DNA of 64,000 nucleotides from Octopus sinensis (Eukaryota): positions 89,590,001 through 89,654,000 of the forward strand of contig NC_043005.1 in NCBI RefSeq assembly GCF_006345805.1, read 5' to 3'. The translations under genes were made by a program, and so were the position numbers. Positions 1 through 13,100 of the stretch are shown in pieces; the first letter of the stretch is position 1, and the number at the start of each line of letters is the position of its first letter. The notes beneath the pieces are model-generated. The model did no database searches, was not told where the DNA came from, and worked only from the letters and a program-made list of their open reading frames with translations.

Positions 1-275
1 CTTTCATCTTCTAGTTGCTTACCATACATGTTTTCCATCACCAAATAACCGCCCCCCTCATGGGTTTCCTATGGCTCAGCTGAGGCTAATCTACACTGAC
101 AAACTCAAGGCCCTAATGGTATTAGCCATGGGGATCTGCTGGTGAAAGTTCTAGAAATATCAAGATGGCTGTTTGTGTAATGGTGGCTCTGTCTCATTCT
201 GAAGCAGAAGCCAATGTTATGTTGTTGCAGTTGCTAATATGGATGGTGCTGTCGATAATATTATCATTATTAAAA

Positions 276-500
276 GCAGCAAGCTGGCAGAATCGTTAGC
301 TGGAGAAAATAATTAGCAGCATTTCACCCGTCTTTACATTGAGAGTTCAAAAAATGCTACCGAGGGTTGACTTTACCTTTCCTTCTGCTGGGGTGGGGGT
401 TGAGAAAATAATAACCTGTTGAGCACACTGGAGGTAATCTAATGAAGTAACTTCCTTCCCTCCCCAATTTCAGGCCTTGTGCCTATAATAGAAAGGGTTA
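276..500 (+). mobile_element. SINE group B copy (diverged)
   Basis: gctggcagaatcgttagc head and gttgactttacctttcc core, shared with many copies in the window. Confidence 0.7.
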
Positions 501-1111
501 TTATGAGTCTTACTATTGGAAGGAGATTGTCCATGAAACTAACCCTACTTATATCATGGCATTCTGACACCATTCTCTGAATAGCTTTGTTGTCATTAAC
601 ATTGTGATTAATTAATGCTTAATTACATGTCATTTAATTGGGACAAAATAGCTGCTGCTGAATGTGTAAACTGAAAGATATTTATAACAATTATTTTATT
701 TGATAGGGTTTATGGATGTATGAGTAAGTGATTAAAAGGTTCACAGGGTTTTAGGTTCAATGCTATTGTGGACTACCCACAGGAAGTCTCTTCTGCCATG
801 GCATTTAGTTGACCAAAGCTGGGTAATTTGGCACTGTAGAAAGTCTTCTGCTGGAACGTACCAGCTTTGTTGTCAATTGAATAGGCTTGAAGATTACCTT
901 TGGGTAATCCCTCTCCATATATGCTCACACATACACAGATTATCTGGGATTTGAAGTCACAGTTTCATCCTAATGAAGCTACCTTAAGTTAAAAGTTGAA
1001 GTTTCTTTGGCTGACTCAACCAGTTAGACCATAATAAAACTCATGGTTCCATTGACTGACCAACAGGAATCCATACTACTGACCTTTTCATTAATTAGGC
1101 AGAAGCATTAA

Positions 1112-1321
1112 CCCTTTCATTACCAACCTGGCTGAAACCGGCTCTAGCTCCGAGTACAAATGTCTTGTTTTGAATTGAAATCTTCCACCAAACCTTAGTC
1201 ACAATTTATGTTCTTATCACTAGCTTAATGATAACTAAGTTATTTTACTAAATTCTTTGTTATATTTAAAGTAATTGAAAGAAATACTGAGCATCTCAAA
1301 ATAAATACAGTAACGAAAGGG
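1112..1321. mobile_element. piggyBac-type MITE, 210 bp
   Basis: TTAA on both sides; TIR CCCTTTCATTAC / GTAACGAAAGGG (1 mismatch). Confidence 0.8.
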
Positions 1322-1970
1322 TTAAAGCACTAAAAAACCACTCGGGCTTCTGTTGTGTCCCTGTTATGTTCTGAGTTCAATCCCTGTTGGATTTCATTTT
1401 TGTCTTTTACAGTGTCGCAGTTGATAAAACAAGCATCACTTATCAGATTCTGCACAATCAGATTCTACCTGCCATAAAAATTTGTTCTGTGCTCTTGTCA
1501 AAACATTTTATGTCCTTAGTTTAAATCCCACAGGAATTAACTTGACCTTTCACTCTTCCTGGATTAATAAAACAATACTAGTTATATACTGGGATCAATC
1601 TGGGTTAATTATACCTTTTCTCTACAAATTTGTGGTTTTATGCCTATGCCAGAAACCATTATCGGGATAGTTGATTCCGTACCATTGGAGTGAGCTGTAC
1701 AAAATGTTTTGTGGAGATCATTATCTCAAAGTTTTATCTTCAGGACGGAACTGGAAAGAGATAAAAATATAGGTTATACAGTGTCAGAGTGGACCTTAAG
1801 GCAAAAGTTCAGAAGACATGAGTGGAGGGACATAATAAGGAGGTGTGGGTGTGTAGGGGTTGCTAGACAATATTTTTCTTGATATATATATATATGTGTA
1901 TTTGTGGTGAGACAGAACCTCTTGGCAATGTGAGAATATATGTGCATGTATTAGGTGTGGGGCATATATA

Positions 1971-2203
1971 TCACCGTGACCGACCAAGCTATCAGATGTT
2001 GCTACACATCGCTGGTCACAATGTGCTTCACATTGTTTTAGCCTTCAAATGACGCCACCCCGCTGGCTAAACGAGCAGGCCAACAGGCGTGGAGCTTTAG
2101 GTGTTTTCGCTCAATAAACACTCACAACGCCCGGTCTGGGAATCGAAACCGCGATCCTACAACCGCGAGTCCGCTGCCTTAACCACTGGGCCATTGTGCC
2201 TCC
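1971..2203 (-). mobile_element. tRNA-headed SINE (group C-like head), CpG-rich, probably young
   Basis: Minus strand TGGCCCAGTGG (A box) and GTTTCGATTCC (B box); its tail recurs near 10230-10350. Confidence 0.75.
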
Positions 2204-4026
2204 CATATATAATATATATATATATTTATTTTGTCTTCACCTGGGTTTGAAATCTGTTTAAAATTCCAGTCAATGTTTTTTTATCCACAAGGCCAGTGTT
2301 GCATTACTATCAACTGACAGAAGAACTGTTAGTAACACACACACACGCACACACACACACACACGCACACAAATAAATGCCAATTGTATATTCTACTTGT
2401 GAAACATCCTCTGTGTGCTTTGTAAAAAGAGACTTTATTTGATTTATTTATTTTTACTAGTTTTTACATTTGTTAGTTTGCGAGAAGTAAATTACACATT
2501 CAAAGTAACTTGTTTGTTTTTGTTCTCCTGGCACTGTTTAAGATGATTGCTATTGGGAATTGACCACACACACACCTATGAATTTATTCACACAAATTGT
2601 CAGCTATCATTAATTACTCATTTTTTTCATTTGGTTTTGAGGAACATGGCTTGTATGCATAAGAATCCAAATATGAATCTGATGTGGAATATGGATGTGT
2701 GCACACACACACACACACACACTTGTTTATAATCATGCTGATACAATTTTGTAAGCATACTCTTGGTTACACACTCACTTGCTCACCTACACACACACAC
2801 AGAACCTACATGTTCCATGCATGTATATCTACATCAACATCATATCTAAATATGTGCACATACATACACCCACCTATATACACACACACAAACTTGATAC
2901 CCCCTTACATCCACACATTTACACATGGTCACATGTTTGCTTTCACACACACACACACACACGCACGCATGCGTTCTTTTTGGAATTTGGAAGTTAGTTC
3001 TTTGTTACAGATAATATTTTGTAGCTTTAAGTTATCACAATTCATTTATTCTGACGGTGCTACTTGTAGTAATAAATTGGTGAATTTCTAGGCAGCATTT
3101 ATATTTTTTAATGCTTCAGACCCAGGTGTCGAAACCATAATGATATCTGTTTGAACAGCTGATGATGGGAAGGCACATATATTATGCTTGATTGTTAATT
3201 TCTTATATCTTAAATCTCCTTATTCTGAGTTGTCTTTTATTCTTCTAAAGTGGTAAGTGTCTGTGGATTCAGAGTTTGTTGGGACCTTTTACTTTGATAT
3301 TGTTTGGTTTTTCTTCTTCATAAGTAACCTAATTTGGCTTGGTGTCTAGTCTTAAAATGTTCTCTGGCATCTATGACAATCCGCAGCAGGTCTTGGAAGT
3401 TTTACTGCCAGCAGACTTCATCACCATTATCATCTGTTTTTCTCTGCTGGCATTGGTTAGACAGGGTATTAATCTCTCGTTAGCCACCTTGGTCTTTTGT
3501 CTTCTCACCTGACATTAGTCTTTCACCATCTGACACAACAAAGAAAAACTGTTGAGCATTTCTCTTTGCTGTCACTTTTGGTAGTTTTATATTTTTGTAG
3601 TTGGATATCTTTCTTGTCACCAACCACTTTCATTGTGTCTTTTCCTATGGTTGGAATTGAAATCTGCACCACTGCTTAGAGTGGTGAATTATACCCCTTG
3701 TATTTAGTTCCACAGATTGAGTTCAGACGCAGAACATTGTATTAAGAGCAGGGTATGAATTGATTTTTTTTACTGGGGTGACTGGTACCCCTAAGTATCT
3801 CTTTGTAAATTAAAAAAATTTTGTTGGTAAATTGTTATTGCTCTGCAGTATTTAGTTGTAACTCTTACCATTCTGAGTTCAAACCCTGTTACCTTCTTAT
3901 TGTTTGATGTTGATACAATAAGTTACAGCCAAGTAGTGGGTTGGGGGGTGGGTTGATAAAATTATCTGCTGCTACCCCAGACCTTATTGCTCTGTGACTA
4001 TGTAAGAAATAATAATTATTATTAAA

Positions 4027-4226
4027 ATGGTGAGCTGGCAGAATTGTTAGCAGGCCAGATAAAGTGTTTAGTGGCATTTCATCCATCTTCAAATTCTGCC
4101 ATGATCAATTTTACCTTTCGTTCTTTCAGAGTTGATAAAATATATACCAGTCACTTATTAGGGGTCAATGTAATTGACTTACTCCTTCCCTGAAATTGCT
4201 GGCCTTGTGCCAAAATTTGAAACCAG
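4027..4226 (+). mobile_element. SINE group B copy
   Basis: gagctggcagaattgttagc...ccttgtgccaaaatttgaaacc. Confidence 0.75.
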
Positions 4227-4649
4227 TTATTATAATTATTCAGTAGTCTTATGTTTGTATTCTTCCAGTGCACACTTGGGGGTGGGGGGCATCTCTCAGG
4301 GGCCTCCTGTCTGTGCAGTGTTTTTTTTTTTCTTTTGAGGGGATGGGAGGTTTCCTTTTTGTAAATACTCTTTATACATTACCTTGTGGTGCTTATTCTC
4401 TGTCTGTTATGTATATTTGTAATTCTTTGGGTTTTGATTAGGCTGTTGTCTGCAGGTTTTATTAATCACCCCTATTAGAAAGACAGTTTCTCTTTTCAAC
4501 CCCTCTTATATATATTTTGGTTATCTCTATTTTTAGTTCTTAATATTTGGATAATTTCTCCATTGCTTTTACAGGTAAATTGTTTCTAGAAACTGATACT
4601 TTCATTAGGAGCCTCTTCCGTTCTTGGTTGCCCTAAGAAATCACTTTTA

Positions 4650-4795
4650 TCATTATTATTTTATTTTATTATTATTTTATCATTATTATTTTATTTTATT
4701 CTATCATTATTATTTTGTTTTATTATTGTTATTTTATTATTTTATTGTTATATTATTGTTATATTATTGTTATTTTATTATTATTTTATAATATG
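4650..4795. repeat. Degenerate (ATT/TTTATT)n array, probable tail of the adjacent R4/Dong remnant
   Basis: Direct sequence. Confidence 0.8.
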
Positions 4796-5166
4796 CTCTA
4801 TTAGTGAGCAGGGATATTGTCTTGAGGTTTAGTAACACCAAATCTCAAGCCTCAAGAATCTTCCAAGAGACCCTTGCAGAATACAGGATGGCACTTTTCT
4901 ACAGATAGACAATGCGTGTAGCAATTCCAATACCCTTCAGTGTCTTATATAGCATTTTGGCTGTTGTGCCAAGTGCACCAATTACCACTGGAATAACTGT
5001 CTCAGTCTTCCACAATTTCTTATCTTTCTAGTTGGGTCTTGATATTTCTCAATTTCTTTGGCATCCAGGTCTATGACCTTACACTGTTTTGTCCTCTATA
5101 ATCATACCTGGTCTTTTTGCTTCAATAGTATGATCAGTCTTTAGAAGGAAATCCCATAAAATCCTG
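4795..5166 (-). mobile_element. R4/Dong-like non-LTR retrotransposon 3' remnant (restriction-like endonuclease), decayed
   Basis: Frameshifted minus-strand translation: RILWDFLLKTDHTIEAKRPG / KEIEKYQD / VIPVVIGALGTT / KSAILYSARVSWKILEA*. Confidence 0.75.
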
Positions 5167-5189
5167 TTGTTGTTATTATTATTATTGGA

Positions 5190-5687
5190 TGCAAAGAGCA
5201 CCATACGAGTGTGATCGTTGACAGAGCGGCTAACTGGCTTCTGTGCCAGTGGCACATAAGAGGCACCATTCGAGTGTGATCATTACCAGCGTTGCCTTAT
5301 AGGCACTTGAGCCCCGTGCTACTAGGGTGCCAAGAGCACCATCTGAGCGTGATCATTGCCAGAGCGGCTAACTGGCTTCCGTGCTGGTGACATGTAAAAG
5401 GCACCATTCGAGTGTGATCGTTACCAGCGTTGCCTTACTGGCACCTGTGCTGGTGGCATGTGTAAAAAGATTTGAGCGAGGTCGTTGCCAGTACTGCCTG
5501 ACTGGTCCCTGTGCCAGTAACACGTAAAAAGCACCCACTACACTCTCGGAGTAGCTGGCATTAGGAAAGGCATCCAGCTGTAGAAACTCTGCCAGGTCAA
5601 GATTCAAGCCTGGTGCAGCCATCTGGTTCACCAGCCCTCAGTCAAAATCATCCAACCCATGCTAGCATAGAAAGCAGACGTTAAATG

Positions 5688-5690
<3 letters not shown>
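5190..5690 (+). mobile_element. RTE LINE 3' UTR fragment with internal tandem units
   Basis: Matches the 3' end of the LINE at 35892-37263; ends in tgatt(att)n. Confidence 0.8.

Positions 5691-5726
<36 letters not shown>
5688..5726. repeat. (ATT)n microsatellite
   Basis: Direct sequence. Confidence 0.95.
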
Positions 5727-5727
<1 letters not shown>

Positions 5728-7078
5728 TCTATTAGAACCTCTGTGAGAATTAGCTTATTAGTCTATCTTCCTTTTGTTAGATGTGTTAGTCTGCATCAGT
5801 TCTGTTAGAAGTGTTGGTCAATGTGTACAAGGCAGAGAGAGTTCTGCTGCTTTCAACTCATAATGCAATGGGCTGATAACCTGCTGGGTGTGAGAAAAGT
5901 TTCGCAAACCTATTTGGGAAAGTCCCTACTGTAGAGATAAGGCCAGGCAGAAGCTGTTAGGTCATATTTAAGACTATTTAATTTCATAGTTGAGATTATG
6001 CATGGTACAACTCCTGTTAGCATAGGCCCCGTCTCCTTATGAGGATTTAAAAATAATAATAATGCTGAAATATATAAATTGAATGAAAACTTATGACACT
6101 CAGCATTTCAGAAACGATTAAGATTTGGTGCATAACTTCTTCATAAAATGTTGTTGATTTGGCATGTACAAGTCCCTGTAGTTTTATTCTTGGTCCGGTT
6201 ATTGTTTGATCACTTGTCTTAGTAGAATGATTGATGTGGTGTCTTTCCATTAGTTGTATGCCATAACACACTGTCACAATAATGTGTTCTGTAACAGCAG
6301 CAGGCCTGCTTCAAAACGAGGAAACTGGGATTTGTTGTTACAACAGCTAAACTATTACTCTGGTAGGGTTTTACAAACAACTATCCTGACAAGAACCATT
6401 AATGGTAACAATGTCAACTGGTTGTAATTAATTCTTAGACTGTAGAAAAACATGAAGATAGTTTTAAAACAAGAATTCATAGTTTGTATAATATCTGTTA
6501 ACGAGATGGGAATTAGCAGACCTTTCTGGATAGTGTAATAAAACAACAAGGATGTACAATAAAAGTGCTGTATGTGTTACCTTATTAAATTTATATTTTC
6601 ATCTAACCCTTTCATGGCCATGTTTTACTGAAACACATGATAGTCTTATTAATTAAGACTTGTACGACATAATTCACTGTTTTTTGGGAATTTCATGCTT
6701 ATAAATGAACGTGCCTGTATGTATGTATGTGTCTCTGGATGTGCACATTATTGGGCAAGTATTTCTTGACTGTATACCTGTTTGACTTATGCAAAAGACA
6801 AAGAAGTCTTGGATGAAGTTTTAATCCCAAAATGGTTGATTTTTTCTATCACAAAACCAGCAACAGCCTTAGACATTTTGGTATATGTTTCACTAGGGCT
6901 GATGTAATCAATTGACTCCCGCCCACTTTGCCAAAGTCTGGGATCATCATCATCATCATCATCATTATTATTATTATTATTTGTTTTTTTTTTCCTCTTT
7001 GCTAATCAAGTTTTTGAAAGTTTCAGTTGATTCATGGCCTTCATTTTAAAACTTTCTTATTTTTATTTTTCCAAACAG

Positions 7079-7158
7079 AAAAGGAAAATGCTCGGTGATG
7101 CAACATCTACCCAGGTTCTTAGAGATTTAGAAATATCTCTTCGGACAAACCACATAGA
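7079..7158 (+). CDS. FMNL: FMNL exon (GBD): [26 protein letters not shown](E)
   Basis: Acceptor ccaaacag, donor GA|gtaagt; 80 nt, phase 0 to 2. Confidence 0.95.
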
Positions 7159-7320
7159 GTAAGTATAATTTTGGATATTTTCCTTCTATGCTTGTATGTT
7201 GAAAGATTGTGAGACAAATGAAAGCTATTAGAATAGCTGTGAGCAACCTCAGAGAAGATAGTCATTTTATTTCTGTTGGATTGGGGGAGAATTTGGCAGG
7301 GCAGGGCAATGACAGCATTG

Positions 7321-7540
7321 TCATCATCATCATCCCTCCCTCCATCCATTTTCCACACTGGCATGGGTTGGACAGTTTGACAGGAGCTGTCAAGCCAGAA
7401 AGCTGCACCGGGCCCCAGTTGTCTTTTTTTGACACGGTTTCTATGTCTGGATGCCCTTCCTAATGCCAATCACTTTACAGAGTGCACTGCATGCTTTTCT
7501 ATGTGGTACCAGCAAGGGTGCATTATAAACGGTGCCAGGC
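7321..7540 (-). mobile_element. RTE 3' tail fragment
   Basis: (tca)n tail and ggatgcccttcctaatgcc motif on the + strand. Confidence 0.7.
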
Positions 7541-7999
7541 TCTAGCATCTGTATTAATTCTTGAAACTTTTGAAGTCCGTGATTATGGGGTTCAAATCTG
7601 AATTGAATTTTGAATAGCTTTTCATTCTTCGTTTGCATTAAATTATCTCTAGATCTGGTTTTGGGAAAAGGAAGATTTTCGTGTCACACAGAATGGATAT
7701 TTGCTGTAGCAGCTTGCTGGTTGATTTCTTCCTTCTTGAATTTTGTCATGACAACATCACCCCCATGATTCCTGTGTTAGACAAACACCCTCCTCCTTCA
7801 AAGAAAGATGTATTTCTCATACTTAATTTGAAGACATCAGTTGTGTTTTGTGTTTGCGATAACCTATCTCGACTGGACTAACAGGACAATCGTTGGTTGC
7901 TATGTACAGGAGTAAGAATTATTGCGAAAATATTTGAACTCCCAGATAGATCTTCTAGCTGATATCTTTTACTCTGATAAATGATTTATGTTAATATAT

Positions 8000-8144
8000 A
8001 GGCATCGCTGCATGGCAAAGATGTTCATTTTCCAACTACGTGGTCTCAGGTTCAATCCCATTCGGAAGAGTGTCTTCTACTATTGACCTGTGTCGAGCAA
8101 AGCTGTGTGGCTGAATTTGGGAGACAGGAACTAAAAGAAGCCGG

Positions 8145-8231
<87 letters not shown>

Positions 8232-8495
8232 CGTGTGTGTGTGTGTTTACACTTCTTTGACTTTGTACGATGGTTGTAAATGAGTGTCACTGTTGTACCA
8301 ATAGTTCTGTTCGTTTCTTAATCTCCATGGAAACATGTTCAGATATGCTAAAGTATTACCTTGCTTGGAAACAGATGAGTGTTGGTGACTGGAAGGGCAT
8401 CCAGGCAATAGAAAATCAGCCTTGACAAATTCCATCTGACCCATGCAAGCATGGCGAGGAAGACATTAAAACAATGATGGTGGTGATAATGATAA
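8000..8495 (+). mobile_element. SINE: group A tRNA-like head, (GT)n, distinct body and RTE-type tail
   Basis: ggttcaatccc B box; ggaagggcatccag...cccatgcaagcatgg...gatggtggtgat tail. Confidence 0.65.
8146..8246. repeat. (GT)n microsatellite, about 100 bp
   Basis: Direct sequence. Confidence 0.98.
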
Positions 8496-9261
8496 ACATT
8501 TTAAGAACACTGGTTCATGTTACCACAAAAGAAAAAAGAATGTGTAATATTTAACGAAAAAGACTTATATGAAAATCTCTGCAGTTATCCCATTATTGAC
8601 TAACATATTTTTTCTTAATTTGGCAGTTTAGAGCAAAATCCATTTTCCTGTTGCTAGAAGGAAAAAAAAGCATTGAAAAAATACATTATTTTTCTCTCTT
8701 TGGCTGATTGAATAAGCCATACCTTTCATACACCCCTGCACCCTAACTTCTCCCATTCTATGTCACAGTTTGCCAAATATAAAGTCTGAGCTTAGATAAA
8801 ACAAATACCATCTATGTTTAGCTCTTACCAAAATAGCTATCAAAAGAATGGTAGCTGTTATCTCATTGATGCTTGTGTTGTTAATTATAGTTGTAATCTT
8901 GGCTGCTTCACAGAGATTTCGTTTCTCCCCCCTCCTCTCTTTCCTTCCCCTCTCCCTTTCTTTCCTGCCGTCCCATCTCCTGATCATTATCTTGAACTGG
9001 CAAACAAGTGAAGAACTCTTGGAGAACAAATTCAACAACCATGGCTCTTTTATCCTGTAATGTTATCTCTGACACTTAAAATTGAATCTTCATCACATAA
9101 AATTTCATATAAGCAAGAACATTGGGATTAAATACCTTTTTGTTTTCAAATTTAATTTTATTTAACCGCACCCCCTCTCTCTCTCAGGTCACAGGTTCAG
9201 TATGAACCAGGTTTTTATGCTGAATAATGGTAACACAATTTTCTAAAAGCCAATAAACATA

Positions 9262-9632
9262 AGCACAGGTGTAGCTGTGTGACATAAAGTTTGTTTCTCA
9301 AACTACATGGTTCTGGGTTCAGTCCCACTGTGTGGTACCTTGGACAAGTGTATCCTAATCAAGTTTTTGAAAGTTTCAGTTGATTCAGTGCCTTGTGAGT
9401 GGATATGGTAGATGGAAACTGTAAGAAGCCTGCTATGTATATGTCTGTGTTTGTCCTCCAGTGTTGGTGTGTTTACATCCCTGTAACTTAGCAGTTTGAC
9501 AAAAGAAACTGATAGCATCAGTATCAGGCTGAAAAATAAGCTCTGGAGTTAATTGATTTGACTAGAAAATTTTAAAGGCAGTGCCCCAGCATGGCCACAG
9601 TCAAATGACTGAAATGAGTGAAAAATAAAAGA
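9262..9632 (+). mobile_element. SINE group A copy
   Basis: ggttctgggttcagtcccactg head; gcatggccacagtcaaatgactgaaa tail. Confidence 0.75.
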
Positions 9633-10419
9633 AGCTTTCTATTGTTTATTATTTAAAACCTGACCGCAAACATATAATTGTGTGATATCTTAGGTAAGAC
9701 ACATTACTGTGTCTGCCTCAGTTTGCTAGGCTGACAGCAGGTAAAATCCCTTGTTCACAGTTGAGATCTACATCTAGAATGCAACAGCAGCATGGAAAGT
9801 TTAAACTTCCAAACCATCCTGTTGAAGGAAATGGATGTAAGTCACTAAAGATGGAATGATAAAGACTTGTGATTAGTTGAGGAGTTCCCTTCATCAGGTT
9901 CTTAAACCTTCTCTTCCTCCATCCTCTTAGCTTTGCTCTTTGTTGTAAATATTTACTAAACAATATAATTCTTTACCCTTCTTTGTCGGGTGGGATTGTT
10001 CTCATATGTTAGCATGTTGTTCCTGTTTTTGTGAATGGGTGTCCCCTTTTTTGGCTGTTAAACAATTCCCTGTGTAACCCATATCTGATCTCGGACTGAG
10101 TCATGTTTGAAGAAGAAATAGTAACTTGAAGAGTTTGACTTTTCAAACAACACACACACACACCACGCTCTCTCTCTCTCTCTCTCTCTCGCACATCCTG
10201 CAAGTACAATTCCATGTGATAGAATGGTGTACAGAATATATCATGATATCAATCAGACTATTGGATGTGGCCATACATCACTGGTCACAATGCACTTTAT
10301 TGTTTTAGCTTTCAACTGAGCCACCCTGCTAGCTAGATAAGCAGGCCAACATCTGATCCTGATCAGGAAGATGGTCCATTGCAAGCTTATGTTACCCATG
10401 TACATTGCAGGGTGGACTG

Positions 10420-10785
10420 GTGCTCAAATCAACAAAGCAATGGTAAAGGGTAAGGCTCTGTTCAATGCACTTTTCCTGAAATTGTCTGATAGTAAAAATA
10501 CAATCAGCTGTGGCCCTGGAGAGGCAAAAACCTCATTGAGACTAAGACACCATATTTGGAACTATGAACGTATTTGAACGTTCTAACGGAATGTGGGCAA
10601 GTCCCTTTCCAATTACAGGCAAAAGTGAAATCTCATGAAAATTACCACACAGATCTTTTGGCCCCGATTTATGCCAAGAGACTAAAATCGCATTAATCCA
10701 GTCTTGAGCACTTTTTTCAGTTCTCCAACAGTGACAGATTGATATATTTAAGAGTTCAAACATTTTGTCACCCCCATATTTCAAG
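10420..10785 (-). mobile_element. RTE (BovB-like) LINE reverse transcriptase fragment, decayed
   Basis: KYGG...QDWINAILVSWHKSGPKDLCGNFHEISLL...SQ*GF...IFTIRQFQEKCIEQ..LYHCFVDLS. Confidence 0.8.
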
Positions 10786-10786
10786 A

Positions 10787-10788
<2 letters not shown>

Positions 10789-10832
<44 letters not shown>
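10789..10832. repeat. (TA)n microsatellite
   Basis: Direct sequence. Confidence 0.98.
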
Positions 10833-10835
<3 letters not shown>

Positions 10836-12033
10836 TAACCCCCCTTATGTACTGTTACTTACCAGCTCCTCCCCTTTCCCCTATTTTCTTTTACCTCCTC
10901 TCTCCTCATAAAACCTAGAGATTCACCATTGATCCCACTCTCACCTGTGTTCATGATTCACAGCATTCCCTTCTGCCTCTCCATTCCACTGTTCCTGACC
11001 TTCTGCTCCCTTCTCCCTTGCTTACACCGTCCTTCATCTTGAGGTTATGCTCTGACACCCTGTCACAACCACCTTTTTCTTTCTTTCCACCTAGAGTAAC
11101 CATTCTCTCTCTTCTACAGCAAGGCATGTGTTTCTGTGACTCTGTTAACACTTTAGATTCTCAACAACTGGCATGAAGTCACCTCCTACTCTACTCACCC
11201 CCCCCCCTCAATTGAGACCGGTTGTCTGGAAGTTACAAGGTGACATCACTAGTGCCATGAAAACAGCATCAAGTACACTCTGTAAAGTGGTTGGTTTTAG
11301 GGTTAGGGCGTCCAACTATAGAAAACGAACTTTAGAGCTCATTGCAATGTTCTGGCCCATCAGATCCTGTTAAACTGACCAATCCTTGTCAGCTTGGAAA
11401 GGAGACACATTACAAAGATGTTTTTATAAGATCCAGTAACTGAAATATGAAGTAGGAGTTGCTCCTATTTTACAGTTGATAAGACTGATGCAAACACTAT
11501 AAGAAGCTCTTACCTTGGACTACATAAACCAAGTTTGAATTGGTGACTTTGGAGTTGGTTGTTTAAAAATCTTAACCCCCTCAACCAAGGACCAGAAACT
11601 ACTTCATTATTGGATAAACAGATGTTTATGGTCATTAGAAGGTTGATAAAGATTGTCTTGATTTTTCAAGATTTCTTGTTGTGAGAACTCTTTCTCATGG
11701 CTACAAGCATTATATAATACCTATCTCTCAGTGAATCTTTAAACCATTTCATTATTCTCTTCTTGCTATATTGGTCTGGGTCTCGGTGCTTTTTATCAAG
11801 TTGAGCAAAAGAAATGCTTTGTTCTGTAGTTGGAATTCATGTCATGATATACCTTTTGATAAATTGGTGCCGGTAATGTCAGGCCGTAATAGCTTCATGT
11901 TGGAATTCTGCTTCAGTAAATTCTGTGAAGTTCTGTTATTCATATTCTACATTCTTGCTCCTCATAAATCATCTACAGCTGTGTGTGTGTATGTGTGTGT
12001 GATTAGGGTCCAATGTTTTATTATGTGTGCTAA

Positions 12034-12245
12034 GTGGTAAGCTGGCAGAATTGTTAGAGTATAAAGCCAGAATAAATATCACTCGGCATTTTTTCAGATA
12101 CTCTAAGTTCAAATACCACTGAGGTCCTACTTTCCCTTTTGTAGCTGATAAAATAAGTACCAACAGAGTATTGGGGGTTGATGTAATTCACCCCCCCTCC
12201 TCAATTCTCCTTAAATTTGCTGGTGATGTACCAAAATTTGAAATC
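12034..12245 (+). mobile_element. SINE group B copy
   Basis: Shared head, core and tail. Confidence 0.7.
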
Positions 12246-12702
12246 TTTACGTGTTTTGTTTGCCGAAAGGAACTGAAATTTCAAGTAGTTTAGGTTCAAC
12301 CTTTGCCATTTTCATTCTGTAACAGTAAATATGGGGTTGCGAGGTTTGTGAGGAATGTGTTACGATTTTGCTTTGAAGAAAAGGCATATTTGTAATACCT
12401 TCCACAGATTACATCACAAAGATTAACTTTCTTCTTTTGGAGCAGAAAATACTTTTAACCTTCAGCAAATTTTAATCCTCTACAAATCTCCAGGGGGAAA
12501 CCTACATTTGGGGGCACAGATGCTTCCACATCTGGGATGATGCAGACACCTTACACTGCATTTTGAGAAAGGTCACTCGACTGATTTATGTAAAGCCATT
12601 CACCAAAAACGCTGCTTCATTCCTTTATTGTTAGAATGGTTTATGGAGATTGTTGTTATTAACGAATTCCATTTGAAAATATCATCATCATCATCATCTT
12701 CA

Positions 12703-12912
12703 AGGCGACAAGCTAGCAGAAGCGTTAGCATGCTGGGCAAAGTGCTTAGCAGTATTTCACCAGTCATTGCATTCTGAGTTCAAATTCTGCCGAGGTTGAC
12801 TTTGCATTTCATCCTTTCAGGGTCGATAAAATAAGTACCAGTTGAGTACCAGGGTCAATGTAATTGACTTCCCCATCCCCCCAGAATTTCAGACCTTGTC
12901 ACTAATAGAAAG
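12703..12912 (+). mobile_element. SINE group B copy
   Basis: ttctgagttcaaattctgccgaggttgactttgcatttcatcctttcagggtcgataaaataagtaccag. Confidence 0.8.
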
Positions 12913-12924
12913 GATCATCATCAA

Positions 12925-13100
12925 GTACCACTTACCAGCATTGTTTCTATGGCTGGATGCTCTCCCTAATGCCAGCCACTTTACAGAGTGTACCAGGTGC
13001 TTTTTATGTGGCACCAACACCAGTACCTTTTTCTTTCATGGTGCCAATGCTTTTTGTGTGGCACCAGTATCAGTGCTCTTGACATGGAACCAGCACTTAG
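12925..13100 (-). mobile_element. RTE 3' tail fragment
   Basis: ggctggatgctctccctaatgcc...ttttatgtggcacc. Confidence 0.65.

Noticed and set aside
2100-2203. tRNA-like sequence on the minus strand
   Set aside because: A and B boxes are present but there is no acceptor stem or clean anticodon arm; it continues into a repeat body, so it is a SINE head
2547-3091. His/Thr-rich ORFs (HTHTHT), also at 8036-8290 and many similar sites
   Set aside because: Translations of (CA)n, (TA)n and (ATT)n microsatellites, not genes
3110-3200. ctgatga and gaaac motifs suggesting a hammerhead
   Set aside because: Wrong order, and no consistent stems I and III
5198-5530. CRISPR-like repeat-spacer array
   Set aside because: Eukaryotic context, no unique spacers, no cas genes; it is a LINE 3' UTR tandem array
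5760-6560. Possible decayed retroelement ORF (6047-6277, 6355-6549)
   Set aside because: No diagnostic RT or endonuclease motif recognised
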